DNA of 64,000 nt from Callorhinchus milii (lineage: Eukaryota), in contig NW_024704742.1 in assembly GCF_018977255.1 (NCBI RefSeq), positions 116,500,001-116,564,000 of the forward strand, given 5' to 3'. This document shows, piece by piece, positions 63,399 to 64,000 of the stretch (position 1 is its first letter; every line of letters starts with the position of its first letter). The notes under the pieces were generated by a model, which saw only the letters and a list, made by a program, of their open reading frames with translations, was not told where the DNA came from and searched no databases. A program made the translations under genes and the position numbers.

Positions 63399-64000
63399 TT
63401 GAAGTGACTTTTTAATCTGGGAGATTTTTGGTCATTGGAAGAAACTCTTTGAAGGCTGTGGGATCTTTGGCATCCACCTGGACAGGCAGATGGGATCTTG
63501 GGTTGATGACAATGCTTTGCTCTTTCAGTAATACACTGAAGTATCAGATCAGACTGAAATCAAGTTTCGTTCTACTTTTTGAAAGCGGTGTGACCAAACT
63601 AGGCAATGTTATTAGACTTATTACATCCACGTTTCTCTCGCAACTTCTGCAAAAATGTGTAGTTTAGTTTTGCAATGGCAACGTTTTGCTGTGTTGTGGG
63701 AGTGGGTGTAATATTGTGGTCTGGGCAAAGATATGCCAGTACTGATGAAATGAAAATAGCTTTACAATAAAAGAAACTAAAGTCTAAAGTGTAATATTTG
63801 CAAACTTGATGTTGCTATACTAATTCTGGTATTGTGGTTTTCAGTTTGAAAGGACTTGTCTTTTTAAAAAAAAACTACAGTTAAGTAGCTGAAGGCACTG
63901 CTTGTAGGGCAAGGCAGCAGCAGACTCTAAACAATGCAACCATATCCTGAAATAAGAGTAAAACCTGCCAGTCCACTTATGGCCTCGGGGATGGGAATGA

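Noticed and set aside
62100..64000. GFM2 coding exons expected from human synteny
   Set aside because: No EF-G2-like peptide recognised in any frame inside the window.

Overview
Vertebrate genomic DNA, most likely a cartilaginous fish (chimaera/elephant-shark-like; inferred from the dense L2 LINEs with (TTG)n tails and tRNA/Deu-type SINEs, not proven). It holds the ENC1-HEXB syntenic block. ENC1 (minus strand) has its 589-aa BTB-BACK-Kelch CDS in one exon, with an intron just after the stop. A beta-hexosaminidase beta-subunit gene, HEXB (plus strand, 43373-61911), has 13 coding exon positions and tandem CLEAR motifs in its promoter. The main finding is that the HEXB exon equivalent to human exon 11 is tandemly duplicated. 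Copy 10a (56344-56518) carries the beta-type WYLDY motif. Copy 10b (58060-58240) carries the alpha (HEXA)-type WYLNR motif that confers activity on negatively charged substrates. The splice phases allow only one copy per productive mRNA. Together with an alpha-like GEEPSRT loop in a constitutive exon, this suggests one gene making both beta-like and alpha-like subunits by mutually exclusive splicing. The rest is mostly transposon debris (a hAT element with TIRs and TSD, L2, SINE, CR1 and Harbinger remnants) and simple repeats. Exon boundaries were read by hand; repeat boundaries are approximate.
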